A stretch of DNA of 64,000 bases from Scenedesmus sp. PABB004 (Eukaryota), in the NCBI GenBank assembly GCA_014905635.1, contig JABVCE010000024.1:248001-312000 (forward strand), in the 5' to 3' direction. This document shows positions 11,292-25,108 of this stretch, piece by piece (the stretch's first letter is position 1; every line of letters starts with the position of its first letter). The notes beneath the pieces were generated by a model. It was not told the DNA's origin, did not search any database, and saw nothing but the letters and a program-made list of their open reading frames with translations. A program made the translations under genes and the position numbers.

Positions 11292-12364
11292 GCGGCGGCG
11301 GCGCGCGGTGGCGGCGGCCCTGTGGCCGCCCCCTGCCGCCGCTGCGGGGGTGAGAGACCGAGCGGCGCGGTCCGCGCGGTCCGCGCCGCGCGCTGGGCCT
11401 GGGCTCTGGCGCTGCGCTGTGTGCTCGGCGGTCGACCTGTGCCTGGTGTGGGGAGGTGCCCCACACCTCGGGGGCGCGCGCTCTGGGCAAACTCTGGCCT
11501 GCGCAGGCGCGTCGTGGTGGCCCGCGCGCGCCGGCAGTGGCGTCGGCGGCACCGGCGGCGGCTCTGTCGGCGGCAGCAGCTCTCTCAGCCCGCAGCTCGC
11601 GATCACTCCCAGCGCGACGTTGGGCGAGCCGCGCCGTCGACGAGGCCGCGGCTGCCGTGAAAAAAACACAAAACATGCTGCTGCTGCTCTGCCCGCCTGG
11701 CGGCTCCCCCGGCGTGCGCCACGCACACTCGACACAGCGCGCCGTCCCGCGCGGGCCGCAGCGAGCAGCGCCAGCTGCGCCGGCGCACCGGCAGCAGCAG
11801 CGCGTCCCGCGCGCACGGCCTGGCAGGCGTCCTGGTGTCGCGCCAGGTGCGGGATCGGCGCCGCCCTGCACGTGAGGCTGCCTCCGGGGCGGCTGGGCGC
11901 GACGGCGAGGCTGCCCGGCCGAGCAGCCTCTCTCGCGGCCGCTGGGGGCCGGAGCGCGCCGGCGGGTGCTCGGCGGGCCGCTGTTGGGGGCCATGCGCCC
12001 GCCAGCTCGCGCGCCGGCGGCCCTGGTGCGCGGGGGCGCGCGGTCGGCAGCAATCGCACGCCCCGCCCCGCCCGCCTGCGCCGCCCTGCAGGGCGCACGG
12101 CCATCCAGGCGGCGGAGGGGCTCCAGATCTCGCTCAGGCGGCGCCGGCAGCGCAGCCCCGGGCTGTGGCCGCGCCACAGGCCCGGCTGGAGCTGCTCTGG
12201 GCTGCTCCGGCTTGAATGCAGGCCGCGTTGGCGCGCAGCCACCGCGAGACAGCAGAGCGGGAGCAGAGCGACGCGCCTGAGGCGCGGGCGCGGCGGCGCG
12301 CAGGGCAGGGCGGTCGCGGCGGCGCGGCGCGCGCGGCGCGGCAGCAGCAGACGACAGCGGCTCC

Positions 12365-15300
12365 ATGCCGTCCGGCGCTGGCGCCAAGCACGCCAACAGC
12401 CGCGCGGCAGCAGCAGCCGCGCAGGGGGGCCCCGCTAGCGAGGGCAGCAGCAGAGCTGGAGGAGGTGCGCCGCCCGCCGGCGGCGCCGCAGCTGCAGGCA
12501 GCCACCCTGCGGCCGCGGCGCCCGCCGGCGCCGGCAGCGCAGCGCCCGGCCAGCCAGCCGGCGCCAGGCCGGGCGATGGCGGCCGACGCGGCAGCAGCGG
12601 TGCGGGCGCAGCTGGCGGCGCCGCTGGCGGCGCTGCGCGCCGCAGCGCAGATCGCGGCCAGCGCGGCGCTGGCGCAGCCGCTGCCGCAGGCGCGGCAGCA
12701 GAGCCCGCGGCCGGGCAGCCGATGGCAGGCGACCCCGCTCCCGCGACCGGCGGGCAGCCGCGGCCTGGCGGCGGCAGCGGCGGCGGCGGCGCGGCAGGCG
12801 CCGGCGCAGGTGCCGCGGGCAGCAGCGCCGCTGCCGCAGCAGGCGGCGGGCTGGGCCCGGGGCCTGGCGGCGGCGGCAGCGGCAGCGGCGGCGGCGGCGG
12901 CGGCGCGCGCGCCAAGCGCCGGTCGTCCGCGGCGGGCGGCAAGCTGGACCTCAAGACGCTGCCGCTGCAGGCGCTGCTCTCGCTGACGTCGGCGCCGATC
13001 GCGGTCGAGTGGGCCGAGGCCGCCGGCGGCGCCGGCGGCGGCGGCGCGCCGGCGTCGGCGCAGGTCGTGCAGGCCGCGGTCGCGGCGCACGAGAAGTGCA
13101 ACGACGCGAGCTGCCCCTTCTGCTCGCTGGACCCGGGCTCGGTGCAGCAGGCGGTGCTGGCGTTCAAGCAGGCGCTGGAGGCGGCGATGCAGGGCCAGGG
13201 GCCGCTTCCGCTCATCGAGATCGCGCAGGACCCGGCGAGCCTCTCCGCCGCCGCCGCCGCGCTCGCGGGCGGCGGCGGCCTGCTCGGCGGCGGCGGCAGC
13301 AGCGCGGCGGCGGCCGCGGCGGCGAGCCTCATCAGCCAGGCGGCGTGCGGCGGCGGCGGCGGCGGCAGCAGCGGCGGCGGCGGAGCAAAGCAGAAGCAGG
13401 CGGCCGCGGCGGCGGCGGCCGCGACCAGCCAGCAGCTGTTTGCCAAGGGCGGCTGGATGGAGGCGTTTCGGGGCAAGCTGGGCAAGGCGGCGGCCAAGCT
13501 CGCGGGCCCCGGCAGCAGCGGCGGCGGCGGCGCGCCCGGCGACACGCAGGGCCTGAGCAGCCGCGACCTGCTGGAGGCGCTCGGCGTGCGCGCCGCCGCG
13601 GCGCAGCAGGACGGCGATGCGGGCGACGCGCAGCTGGCGCTCGCTGCGGGCGGCGTCGACGGCCTCGCGCCGACCGGCGGGGTGAGCGGGGCGCAGCGGC
13701 CGCGGCCGCCGCCCTCCCCTCCCCTCCCCGCACGTGCGCGCCGCGCCCGCCGCCCTCGCCCGCTCACTCCCCGCTCCCCCGCCCGCGCCGCGCCGCGCCG
13801 CACCGCGCGCAGCAGGGCGCGCGGGAGGAGGTGCTGGCGGCGTTCTTCAGCAAGGCCCTCAAGTCGGCCGACCCCGCCGACAAGGACCTGGTCGCCGCGG
13901 TCGCGGCGCAGGACGCCGACGCCGTGGCCGCCGCGCTCGCGGCGGCCAAGCCCGACGCGCCGCGGCGCCTGGTCGGGCCGGGCGGCTTTGGCCTGCTGCA
14001 CATGGCGTGCGCTGACCGCAGCCTCTACAGCACAGCGCACACAGCGCTCAGCCTCATGCTCGGCGGCTTTTACCACCAGCAGCGCCTCTGGGGCACGCAG
14101 GTGCGTGCGGCGGCCGCGCCGCGCCGCGTGCGGCGGCCGGGCGGCGCAGGTGGCCGGCGCAGGCGGGCGCTGCGGCGGGGGCTCACGCTGCCGCCGCCGC
14201 GGCCGCCGGCACCGTCGCCGTGTGCGTGCGCGCAGGGCCCGGGCAGCGCGGAGGTGGTGCAGCTGCTGCTGGACGCGGGCGCCGACGTGCACGCGCGCAC
14301 GGCGAGCGACGCGACGCCGATGCACGTCGCGGCGTGCAGCAACAGCGGCGACGTCGTGCGCGCGCTCGTGGCCGCGGGCGGCAACGCGCGCGACAACCGC
14401 GCGTACAAGGGTGAGCGCGCCCGCGCCGCGGCGGCGGCGGCAGGGCACGAGCAGCAGCGGCCGCCGCCGCGCACTCGCGCACGTGCCGCGCACGCGCACA
14501 CGCACGCGCGCACCCGCCGCCGGCGCCGCCGCGCAGGCGAGACGCCGCTCACGTGCGCGGCGTACTGCGGGCACTACGACGCGGTCCGGGCGCTCGTGGA
14601 GGTCGGCGGCGCGGACGTCAACCTCACGCGCGCCGACGGCACGACGCCGCTCAACCTCGCCGCGTACGCCGACGCGCGCACCGCGCTCTTCCTGCTGGAC
14701 CACGGCGCGCGGCCCGACGCGGCGACGAACAAGGGCAGCCCCTTCCCCGTGCCGCTCGTCATGTCGGCGGCGCGCGGCGACGTGGAGCTGTGCGGCCGGC
14801 TCATCGCGGCGGGGTCGCACCCCGACGAGCTGCACCCGACCGAGGGCTTTGCGCCGCTGCACGCTGCGGTCTCGAGCGAGGCGACGCGCACCGAGGTCAT
14901 CCGCCTGCTGCTCGCGGCGGGCGCTGACGTCAACCTGCTGCGCAGCGCCAACCCCATCTGGAGCCCGCTCATGTACGCGGCGACGCGGGGCAGCCTGGAG
15001 CACCTGCAGCTGCTGCTGGGTGAGCGCGCGGGCCGGGCGCGCGGGGGCGCCGGCGGCTGCGGCGCGGCGCGCCCCCGCGCCTGCGCCGCCGCTCACCCCG
15101 CCGCCGTCGCGCCGCAGCCGCCGGTGCGGACGTGCACCTCGCGGACCCGAACACGGGCAACGCCGCGCAGATGGCCGCCGCGGTGGGGCACCTGGAGGTC
15201 GTGGAGCGGCTGGTCGAGGTCGGCTGCGCCTGGCCGCACGGCAAGAAGGCGAGCAGCGGCCTCGTCGCGCCCGTGGACGTGGTGCAGCTGCTGGCGCAGA

Positions 15301-18300
15301 AGACCGGCCTGCCGGTGCGGCGCCGGCGCCGCGCGGACGGCCGCGCGCCGCGCCGCCCGCGCCCTGCTAGCTGCGCCCCCGCCCTTGCCCTGCGCCCTAA
15401 ACCCTGAGCCCCCGCCGGCCCCGCGTGCGTCGCAGGCGGATGAGGTGATGAAGCGCCTGAAGCGCGCGGAGCGGCGCGGCGCCGAGGCGCGCGCGAGCGG
15501 CGGCGGCGGCGCTCAGCAGCAGGGCGGCGGCAGCGGCGGCGGCGGCCGCTACGCGCTGACCGCGGCGGCCGGCGGCGTCGCGGCGGCGGCCGCGGCGGCG
15601 GGCGCGGGCGACGCGGCGAGCGCGGGCGGCGCCAGCAGCGGCGGCGGCGGCGGCAGCGGCCAGGGCGGCAGCGCCGGCCAGGGCGGAGGCGGCGCGGCGA
15701 ATGGCAGCGGCAGCGGCGCGGGCGGCAGCAGCGGCAGCGCCGGCGGCATGGCCAACGGCAGCAGCGGCGGCGCGGCGGCTGCCGGCGGCGGCGCCGCTGG
15801 CGGCCCCGGCGGCGGCGACGACGGCGACCGCAGCCGCGACGGCGGCAGCAAGGCGGGCGACGGCGGCGGCGCCGGCAGCGGCAAGCCGGCGGCGCCGTCC
15901 GCGAAGCGCAAGACCACGCCGCTGCACGAGGCCGCGCAGAAGGGCGAGGTGGGCAGGGCGCCGGCGGACGCTGCGTGGCGGCCCGCGGCCCGCGCCGCCC
16001 GGGTGTCGCTGACGCGCCACGCGCCCCCCGCCGCCGCCGCCGCCGCCGCGTGCCACCGCGCGCCGCGCGCAGCTGATCGACGCGCCGCTGCTCGCGGCGC
16101 ACGCGGCCGACCTCGACTGCGTGGACGAGGCGACCAAGTGGACCGCGCTGCACTTTGCCGCCGCGGGGCACAAGCTCGCGATGGTGCAGCAGCTGCTCGA
16201 CGCGGGCGCGAGCCCCGACGTCGCCGCGCCAGGCGGCGTGCGGCCGCTGCACCTCGCGTGCGCGGGGCCGCTCACGAGCGCGAGCGCGCGCAGCAAGGTC
16301 TGCATCTCCCACTTCTACGACCAGCAGCAGCTCTGGCGCAAGGCCGGCCCCGGCAGCGCGGCGGTGGTGCGCGCGCTGCTCGCGGCGGGCGCCGACCAGA
16401 CGAGCCGCACCGCGAGCGGCGCGACGGGGCTGCACATCGCCGCCAACAGCGGCGCCGCCGACGTGGTGGCCGACCTGCTCGAGTCGAGCGAGGACGTCGA
16501 CCCCGACGACGACGGCGCGTACAACTGTGAGTGAATGCTTCACACAACGCGCGCGGGGCGCGGCGGCGCGGAGCGCGGCGCGGGGCAGGGCGGCGCGGGC
16601 GCGGGGCGCGGCGGCGCCCGGGGGCCGCGCACGCGCGCCGACGCCGCGCACCGCCTGCCCCGCCGCGCGCGGCCCGCAGGCGAGACGCCGCTGACGTGCG
16701 CCGCGTACTACGGTCACACCGCGGTCATCCGGGAGCTCATCGATTCCGGCGCGGACGTCAACCTCGTGCGCATGGACGGCACGTCGCCGCTGTGGCTCGC
16801 GTCCAACGCCCCCGACGAGGGCGGCGAGGCCGCGGCGCTGGAGCTGCTCGACGCGGGGGCCAAGGCCGACGTCGTGGGCTCGCGCGGCGGCACCGCGCTG
16901 CACGGCGCCGCGTTCCACGGCCGCGAGCGGCTCGCCGCCGCGCTCATCGCCGCGGGGTGCCCGGTCAACGCGGTCAACGCCAAGACGAGCTACACCGCGC
17001 TGCACACCGCGGCCGAGACCAAGCACCCCAAGGCGCGGCCCCGGGGGGGGGGGGGGGGGGCGCACGCGCTGCCAGGGGTTGCGGCCAGCCGCGCCGCGCT
17101 GCGCCGCTGGCCCTGCGCGCGCTCACGCGCCGCGCCGCGCTCACGGTCTCGCCGCGCCGCGCGCAGGTCGTGAGCGTGCTGGCGCAGGCCGGCGCCGACC
17201 TCAACCTGCCGGAGAACCGCGGCTGGACGGCGCTCATGATCGCGGCCAGCCGCGGCTGCGTGGAGTCGATCGAGGCGCTGCTGGGTGCGGCGGCGGGCGC
17301 CCCGCGCCCCGCGCGCCCCGTGCCCTGGCCCGCCCGCCGCCGCCGCCCGCCCGCTGCCGCCGCTCACCCCGCGCGCCCCGCTCACCCCGCTCGCCCTGCG
17401 CGCCCCCGCCGCGGCCGCAGCGGCGGGCGCGAGCTTTGACGTGACCGACCCGGACAAGGGCAACCCCGCGCAGATCGCGGCGTATTGGGGCCACCTCGAG
17501 GCGGTCGTGCGGCTCGTGGAGGCAGGCTGCGCGTGGCCGCACGGCAAGAGCGCGCGCGGCGTGGCCGGCGGCGACGTGGTCAAGTGGATCTGCAATATCA
17601 CCACCAACAAGGTGCGGCGGCGAGGCAACGCGCCGCCGCCGGGCCCCGGGGCGTGCGTGGGGCGCGGGGCGGGGCGGCGGCGTGGAGGGCGGCGCAGGGC
17701 CCGCGCGCGCGCGGCGGCGGCGCCGCGGCGGCGGCGCCCCGGCCCGGCCCGACCCGCCCGCGCGCGCCGCGCGCGCGCCGCGCCCGCAGCCGTCGCACGT
17801 GGAGTGGCGGCTGAAGCTGGCCGAGAAGCGCGGCAAGCAGCTGCGCGCCAACGCGCCGCCGCCCGCCGGCGCGGCGCCGCCGCCGCGCGCGCGCGCGGCC
17901 TCGGCCGGCGCGCCCAGCGACGGCGGCAGCCGCGCCGCGACGCCCGCGGGCTCGCGCGCCGGCTCCGAGGCGCCCTCGCGCCAGGCGAGCGCCGCGGTCG
18001 GTGCCGGCGGCGGCGGCGGCGGCGGCGTGGACGTGGACGACATCGACGCGCTGGCGGCGGCGATCGATGCCATCGGCGGCGGCGAGCCGCCCGCGGCGCC
18101 CGGCGGCGGCGGCGGCGGCAAGGGCGCAAAGAAAAAGAAGAAGGACGCCAAGAAGCGCGCGGCGCGGCCCGCGAGCGCGGCGGCGCGGGGCCGCGGCGGC
18201 AGCGACGAGAGCGAGGCGGGCAGCGGCGGCAGCGACGGCGAGGCGGCGCCGGCGGCGCCCGCGGCGCCCGCGCCGGCGCGGCAGCAGCCGGGGCGCGCAG

Positions 18301-20612
18301 GCGGCCGCGGCGGGAGCTCGTCGGACGAGGAGGCGGCCGCCACCGACCTGGCGCGGCAGCAGGAGCAGCTGGAGCGGCAGATGCGCGCGCGGCTGGAGGA
18401 GCAGCAGGCGGAGCACGCGCGGCAGCGCGCGGCTGCGCAGGAACAGAAGCGCGCCGCCGCCGCCGCAGAGCGCGCGGCCGCGGCCGACAGGCAGCAGCAG
18501 GCGGCGGCCGCGGCGGCCGCCGTGGCGGCGGCGGCCAAGAAGCAGCAGCAGCACAGCGCGGGGCTGCAGTCTCCCGTCGTGAACAAGCACGTCGCGGCCG
18601 CCAACAGGCACGCGGTGGTGGACCAGCCCTGGATGTCGCCGGGCGCCGCCGCCGCGGCGCAGCTCGCGGCCGTGCCGCCACCGGAGCCGCCGCCGCTGAG
18701 CAAGCGCGCGGCCAAGAAGCTCGCGCACCAGCAGATGCTCAAGCAGCAGCGCGCGGCGGCCGAGGCTGCCGGCGGCGAGCTGGCAGAGGACTGGCAGCAG
18801 GCGGGGCGGCGCGCCAAGAAGGCGCCGCAGCCGGCGCAGCAGCAGCAGCACCAGCAGCACCAGCACCAGCAGCACCAGCAGCAGCACCTCCAGCAGCAGC
18901 ACCTGCAGCAGCCGGCGCACCCGCAGCCGCAGCCGGCGCACCTGCAGCAGGCACAGGCGCACTCCCAGCCGGCGCATGCGCAGCAGGAGCCCCTGTCCAT
19001 GGCGGAGCTGCTCCAGCAGCGCGTTGCGGCACAGGCTGCGGCTGCGCAGGCTGGCGCTGCGGCCGCGCAGCCGCAGCGCCCGCGCGGCTGGGCCACCCCG
19101 CCGCTGGTGGTGGCGGCGCAGCAGCCGGCGCAGGGCGCGGCGCTGTCGCCGCGGCACGCGGCGCAGCAGCGCCAGCCGCCTGCGGTGCGCGTGGGCCTGC
19201 AGCCGGCAGGGGGCGGCCGCCACCTGCAGCCGCAGCCGCCCGCGAGCCCCGCGCGCTCGGACCGCAGCGCGCACAGCGCGCAGCCGCCGTCCGCCACGGC
19301 GGCCGCGGCGGGCGGCGGCGGGCCCTTCTCGCCCGGCCCCATCGGCCGCCAGCGGTCGGCGCCGCAGGCGCACGAGCACGCGCCGGAGCAGCAGCCGCTC
19401 GGCGAGCCGGCGGCGCCGCAGCAGCGCAGCGGCGTGCAGGAGCTGTCGCCGCTGACCGACGCCGTCGTGCCGGCGCCTGCCGCCCCGGTGTCGGAGCTGT
19501 CACCGCTGCTGGACGCGCAGGTGCCCGCGCCGAGCCTGGGCCTCGCGGCGCGCGTGTCGGCGGTGTCGGCGGCGTCCGCGCCGGGCGCGGGGCTCGGCGC
19601 GCCCGTGAGCACGCTCGCCGGCCCCGCCGCGGCGCCGGGGCCATCCGGCGGCGCGCCCGCAGCCGCGGGCGCGCCGAGCGGCGCCGCCGGCCTGCAGCAG
19701 CCGCCCGCGCAGCCGGCGCAGCAGCCCGGCGGCGGCAGCATGTGGCAGGGCAGCCTGCCCGGCAGCAGCTTCTGGTTCAATGGCGCCCCCCGCGTGGGCG
19801 GCAGCGGCGAGGGCTCCGTCGCGTCGAGCCCCGGGCCGGGCGGCGGCGCCGGCGCGGGCGCCGCCGCCGGCGTCGCCCAGGCGGGCGGCCAGCAGGGGCC
19901 GGCGGGCGCGGGCGGCAGCGCGCTCGTGAGCGGCGCATATGATCCGCCCATGTTCCTGGGCCCCCCTGGCCGCGCCAGCTCCGCGCCCGCGGGCGCCGCG
20001 GGCATGCTGGCCGCCACGGGCGCGCCCGGCGCGGCGCGGCCCGGCGCGCCGGCCGCGGCGCAGCTGGCGGCCGGCGCGCCTGCGCCCGCGCTGGCGCACG
20101 CGGCGGTCGCGGCTGCCGCGGCGCGTGACGCCACGGCGGCGGTGGCGGCCGCGGCCGCGGCCGCCGCCTCCAAGCCCGGCGGCCTGCCGGCTGCCGCGCT
20201 GCTCGGCGGCGCCGGCCTGCCCGCGCTCACGGCGGCGCAGCTGCAGCAGCTGCAGCTCCGCCAGCAGTCGCAGCAGCGCCAGCAGCACGCGGCCGTCGCG
20301 GCGGCGGCTGCGGCGCAGCAGCAGCAGCAGCAGATGTGGCTGCAGCAGCCGCTGGGCGGCATGATGCGGCCGCACGTGCCTGGGATGCAGCAGCAGCAGC
20401 AGCCCCTGGTGCAGCCGGGCCTCGTGGCGATGCAGCAGCGCGCCGGCGCGTACGGCCCAGCCATGGCGGCCGCGGCCGCCGCTGCCGCTGCCGCCGACGC
20501 GGGCGCGTCGGCGCAGGGCGCTGCCGGCCGCGGCGCGGGCCGCGGCGGGCACGCCGCCTGGCACCAGGGCCTCCCGGGGCGGCGGCAACGCGTGATGCGC
20601 GGGCGGGCGTGA
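12365..20612 (+). CDS. Large ankyrin-repeat protein with two duplicated ANK modules and a Gln/Ala/Pro-rich C-terminus; multi-exon
   Basis: Many ANK consensus units (ATPMHVAA, ETPLTCAAYCGH, TTPLNLAA, APLHAAV, SPLMYAA, TPLHEAA, WTALHFAA, WTALMIAA). A long final exon from about 17790 to 20612 carries KKKKK, coiled-coil and poly-Q segments. The start codon is less certain. Confidence 0.85.
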
Positions 20613-21818
20613 CTGGAGGGAAACGGGTGTACAGGCGGCTGTGAACGGTGCTGGGGATGCAGCGGAGCTTCTTTCCTAGCGGTCGCGACCGGCGGACGCG
20701 CGGGCGGGGCGGCGCGTCGCTGCAGCTGCAGCGCGCGCCGCCCGCCGCTGCGCTGTGCCCGCGCGCAGCAGCGCGGCTGTGCACAGTGCAGTGCACGCAT
20801 GGTGCGCGGTCGGGGAGGTTGGTGGGGCGGGGCGGCGGGGAGGAGGCAGGGATGCGGTGGGGCGGTCTGGTCTCGCAGAGGGCGCGCACGCCGCGCCGGC
20901 CGGTCGCCTGGGTGGCTGCCAGGCGGCGCGGCCGGCGGGGCGTGTGGTAACCGCGCCGTTCGACCTGCACGCGCCGCGCGCAGCAGGCAGCAGCCCACTC
21001 CAGCACCGGCGCGAAGCAGCGACGGCGCCGCCGGCGGCACCACGCCGGCGCGGTTGCGCCTGGCCTGGAGCGTCTTTCGTGACGTGCTTTAGTATGTATT
21101 GGAGCCAACGGCGCGGCGAGCACCGGGATTGAACTCGTGAGCGCGCCGGACGAAGGCGAGTAAAGCCGGCAGCAGCAGCTCCCCGGTGACCTCGCGTGAA
21201 CGGGACCAGTCGGCAAGTATTCACCGACAGAAATGCTCCTGTCGCTGCGGAGAGCACAGCGCGGGGGCGCGCAGGGCCCAGGGCGCAGGGCCAGGACATA
21301 ACACCTTCGCGCCCACTCGGTTATGGCGCCACGCGCGCGCGGTTGCGCCGGTCGCGGCACCGCTGCGCCCACGCATCCGTGGTGCCACACAGCATCCGAC
21401 TGACGCGCGCCCGCGCACGCTAGGGCACGCGTGACGAGGTGTATAAGCGCAGCAGTGCGGCACACCCGCCCTTACCCGTCACCCGGCCGTCGCGGCGCGC
21501 ACGGGGCGTGCCAGACGTGCTCAGGGCGGGCAGGTCGGCATTCAGCACGGCCTTTTGGCCGGTGCCTCAGCCCTGGCCGGCCGCGGCCGCTGCTCTCGGG
21601 CGCCGCGAGCGCACGCAGCGGCGCTGGCGTGATCGGAGAAGTCGGACGTGAGCCTGAGCATCGCATCTCAGGGCGCCCGCCGGCCGCAGGTGCGCCTGGC
21701 GGGCGGGGCAGTCGCAGCCTGACTGTGTTGCGCCTCCCGGCGCGCCCCGCTCCGCAGCCCTGATGCCCCGCCGCGCCACGCCGGCGCCGGCGGTTCCGCA
21801 GGCGCGGTTGGGCCTGCA

Positions 21819-24800
21819 ATGTGGCCCCAGCGGGGCATGGATCACCAGGGCGGCGGGCTGCCGATGGCGTCGATGGCCATGCCCGGCCTCTACGCGCAGC
21901 CCTACGGCGCGCCCAACCCGCAGGACGTCTACTCTCACGCGGCTGCAGCGGCAGCCGCGGCGGGCTTCGACGGCTGGGCGGCCGCGGCGGCGGCGCAGCA
22001 GGCGGCGCAGGGCGGCTACGGCCCGCCGCTGGGCGTGCCGCCGCGCGGCATGGCGCCGCACCACCACATGCAGCTGCAGGCGGCGCACCACATGCAGGGC
22101 ATGGGCGGGGGCCACCCCCACATGCTCGCCGTCCAGCACGTCATGGCGCCGCAGCACGCGGCCGCGATGGCCGGCGGCGGCGCCATGCTCGGCTGGGGCG
22201 TCCCGGGCATGCAGCAGCAGCAGCTGGGCGGCCGCGCGCCAAACGGCCTCGCCGGCGGCGGCGGGCCTCGCATGGACGGCGGCGGCGGCCGCGGCGGCTG
22301 GGGCGGCAGCGGCGGCGGCGGCCGCGGCGGCGGCGGCATGGGCGGGCCGCGGCAGTACGGCGCGCACGGCGGCCGGCCGCGCCGCAACGTCGTGCTCAAC
22401 ACCCAGCCCGGTGCGGCGCGGGCGCCGCGGCGCCGGGCCTGCAGCGCGGCGAGGCGGGCCGCCGGGCGCCGGCCCACACCCAACCGCACACGCGCGCGCC
22501 CCGCCGTTTTTGCAGGCGACTTCTCAGACGCCGCGGTCGAAGAGTTTGCGTGGGCCGTGCGCCGCACGCCCGCGGGCGAGCCGCTGGACCAGGGCCTGCT
22601 CAGCGAGGGCCTGCAAAACCTCGACAGCCGCGGCCTCGCGGCGCTGCTCAAGGAGCTCGCGCGCGGGCACCACGCGCGCCGCGCGCGCGAGGTGCGCGCC
22701 GCCGCCGCAACCGCCGCCGCCGCCGCCCGCGCAGCGCGCCGCGTGCGGCTCGCTCGCACACTCGCCCACACGTCCGCCCCGCCCCGCCCCGCGCCGCCCC
22801 GCTCGCCGGTCAGGTCTTTGACTACCTGCGCGCGCTGCCGCCGGACAACCCGCTCGCGCAGCTGTGCGACGTGTTCACATACACCGCCATGGTCAGCCTC
22901 TGCGTGGACCAGCAGGAGCTGCCACGCGCGCTGGAGCTCGTCGCGGAGATGCGCGCGCGCAACGTCGAGCGCAACGTGCACACCTACACGTGCGCGCCGT
23001 GGCTGCAGCGCGCTGCGGCGGCCGGCGGCCGGTCCCTCGCTCTCTCCGCCCCGCCCACGCTCCCTCCGCCTCCGCCCTCTGCATGCTGCCCCGGCGCCGC
23101 CGCCTCTGCTCCCGTCCCGCGTCCTGCGCCCACGCTGCCCCGCCGCCGCCGCACCCCTCCCTCGCCGCGCGCAGCGCGCTTATGAATGTCGCGATCAAGT
23201 GCGGGCAGCTGCAGAAGGCGCTCGAGGTGTACGGCGAGCTGCTGCGCGAGGGCTGCACCCCCAACGTGGTGACCTTCAACACGCTCATCGACGTGTACGG
23301 CAAGACCGGGCAGTGGGCCGAGGCGCTGCGCGTGGTCGACCAGATGCGCGCGTCGGGGACCAAGCCGGTCACGCGGACGTACAACACGCTGATGATCGCG
23401 TGCAACACGAGCGGGCAGTGGGCCGAGGCGCTCAACGTGCACGCCGAGATGGTGCGCCAGGGCCACGCGCCCAACACGACGACCTACAACGCCCTCATCT
23501 CCGCGCACTCAAAGGCGGGGCGCCTCGAAAAGGCGCGTCGTTGTTTGGGACGGGCGCGCGCGCGCGCGTCGCCGCCGCCCACGTGCCCCCGCGCCCTAAA
23601 CCCTGCCGCCTGCCCCCAAACCCTGGCCCAGGTCATGGAGGTGTACCAGGAGATGCTGCGCGGCGGGTGCGAGCGCAGCGTGATCACCTACAGCGCGCTC
23701 ATCAGCGCGTGCGAGAAGGCGGGGCAGTGGCAGCTCGCGCTCAACCTGTTTGCCGAGATGCTGAAGGAGCGCTGCGCGCCAAACGTCATCACCTACAACA
23801 GCCTCATCACCGCGTGCGCCCAGGTGCGCCGGCAGCGCGGCGTGGACGGGGCGGATGAGGGTTGGCAGCAGGGTTCAAGAGAGGGGCCAGGTCCCAGGGC
23901 ACCTCGGAGCGGCGCGCCAGCAGGCAGCCCTGGGCCGCGGCGGCCGGCGCCGGCCCTGCCCGACGTGCGCCCACGCCGGCCGCCGGCCGCAACCGCACGC
24001 GCACGCACGCGCAGGGCGCGCAGTGGGCCAAGGCGGCGGAGGTGTTCCAGCAGATGCAGGCGAGCGGGTGCCGCCCCGACGTCGTGACCTACACCGCGCT
24101 CGTGTCGGCGTACGAGCGCGGCGGGCAGTGGATGAAGGCGCTCGAGGTGCGGCGCGCCTGCCGCCGCGCCCGCCGCGCCGCGCCCGCCACCGTGCCCGCC
24201 GCCGCACCCGCCGCCGCACCCGCCGCCGTTGCCGCCCGCCTCTCTGCCTGGGCCGCCCGCCCGCCGCCCCGCCATCCTGCGGCCGCGGCCGACCGCCCGC
24301 CTCCCCCTGCCGCGCTGCGTCTCCCTGCCGCGCAACCGCAGGCGTTCCAGCAGATGCAGGGCCAGGGCTGCGCGGCGGACGCTATCCTTTACAACACGCT
24401 GCTGGACGTGCTCTGGGACACGGGCGTGTCGTGGGCGCAGCACCGCGCGGCGGCGCTCTTCCGGGAGGCGATGGCGAGCGGGCACTTCCGGTCGCTGCCC
24501 GCGCCGCCGGCGCCGGCGTGCGGCGGCGGCGGCGGCGGGGCGGGCGCCGCGTGCGCCGCGCCGTCGGAGCACGGCGGCGACAGCAGCAGCAGCCCGTCGA
24601 GCAGCCCCAGCGCCGCAGCGGCGGCGGCGGCGGGTGCCGCGGGCGCGGCGGGCGCGCTGCTCGCGGCGGGCGCGCGCGTGGAGCTGGGCCTGCAGGGCGT
24701 GAGCCCTGGCGTGGCGATGCTCATGCTGCACTGCTGGCTGGCGGACCTCAGGTGCGGCCCGGGGCCCAGGGCGGCGCCGCGGCCCCGTGCGCGCCGCGCA

Positions 24801-25028
24801 CAGCCCGCGCCGCGCGCCGCGCGCGGCCCGCGCCAACGCGGCCGTGCCGCCGCCGCGCTGCGGCCCGCAGGGAGCTCGTGGTCTCGGCCGGCGCCAGCGC
24901 GCTGCCGGAGCGCGTGCTGCTGAGCATGGGGCGCAGCCGGCAGCGCGACCATGTGAGCGGCATCCTGCGTGACTCGACCCTCGCGCTGCTCTCGTGCTGG
25001 GGCAGCCCGTTCGGCGTGCAGGCGACCG

Positions 25029-25108
<80 letters not shown>

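Noticed and set aside
11263..21043. Very long minus-strand ORFs (11263-15096, 17234-21043) and similar Arg/Ala/Pro-rich ORFs throughout
   Set aside because: They are antisense or off-frame shadows of real genes. Stop codons are rare at this GC content and no motifs are present.
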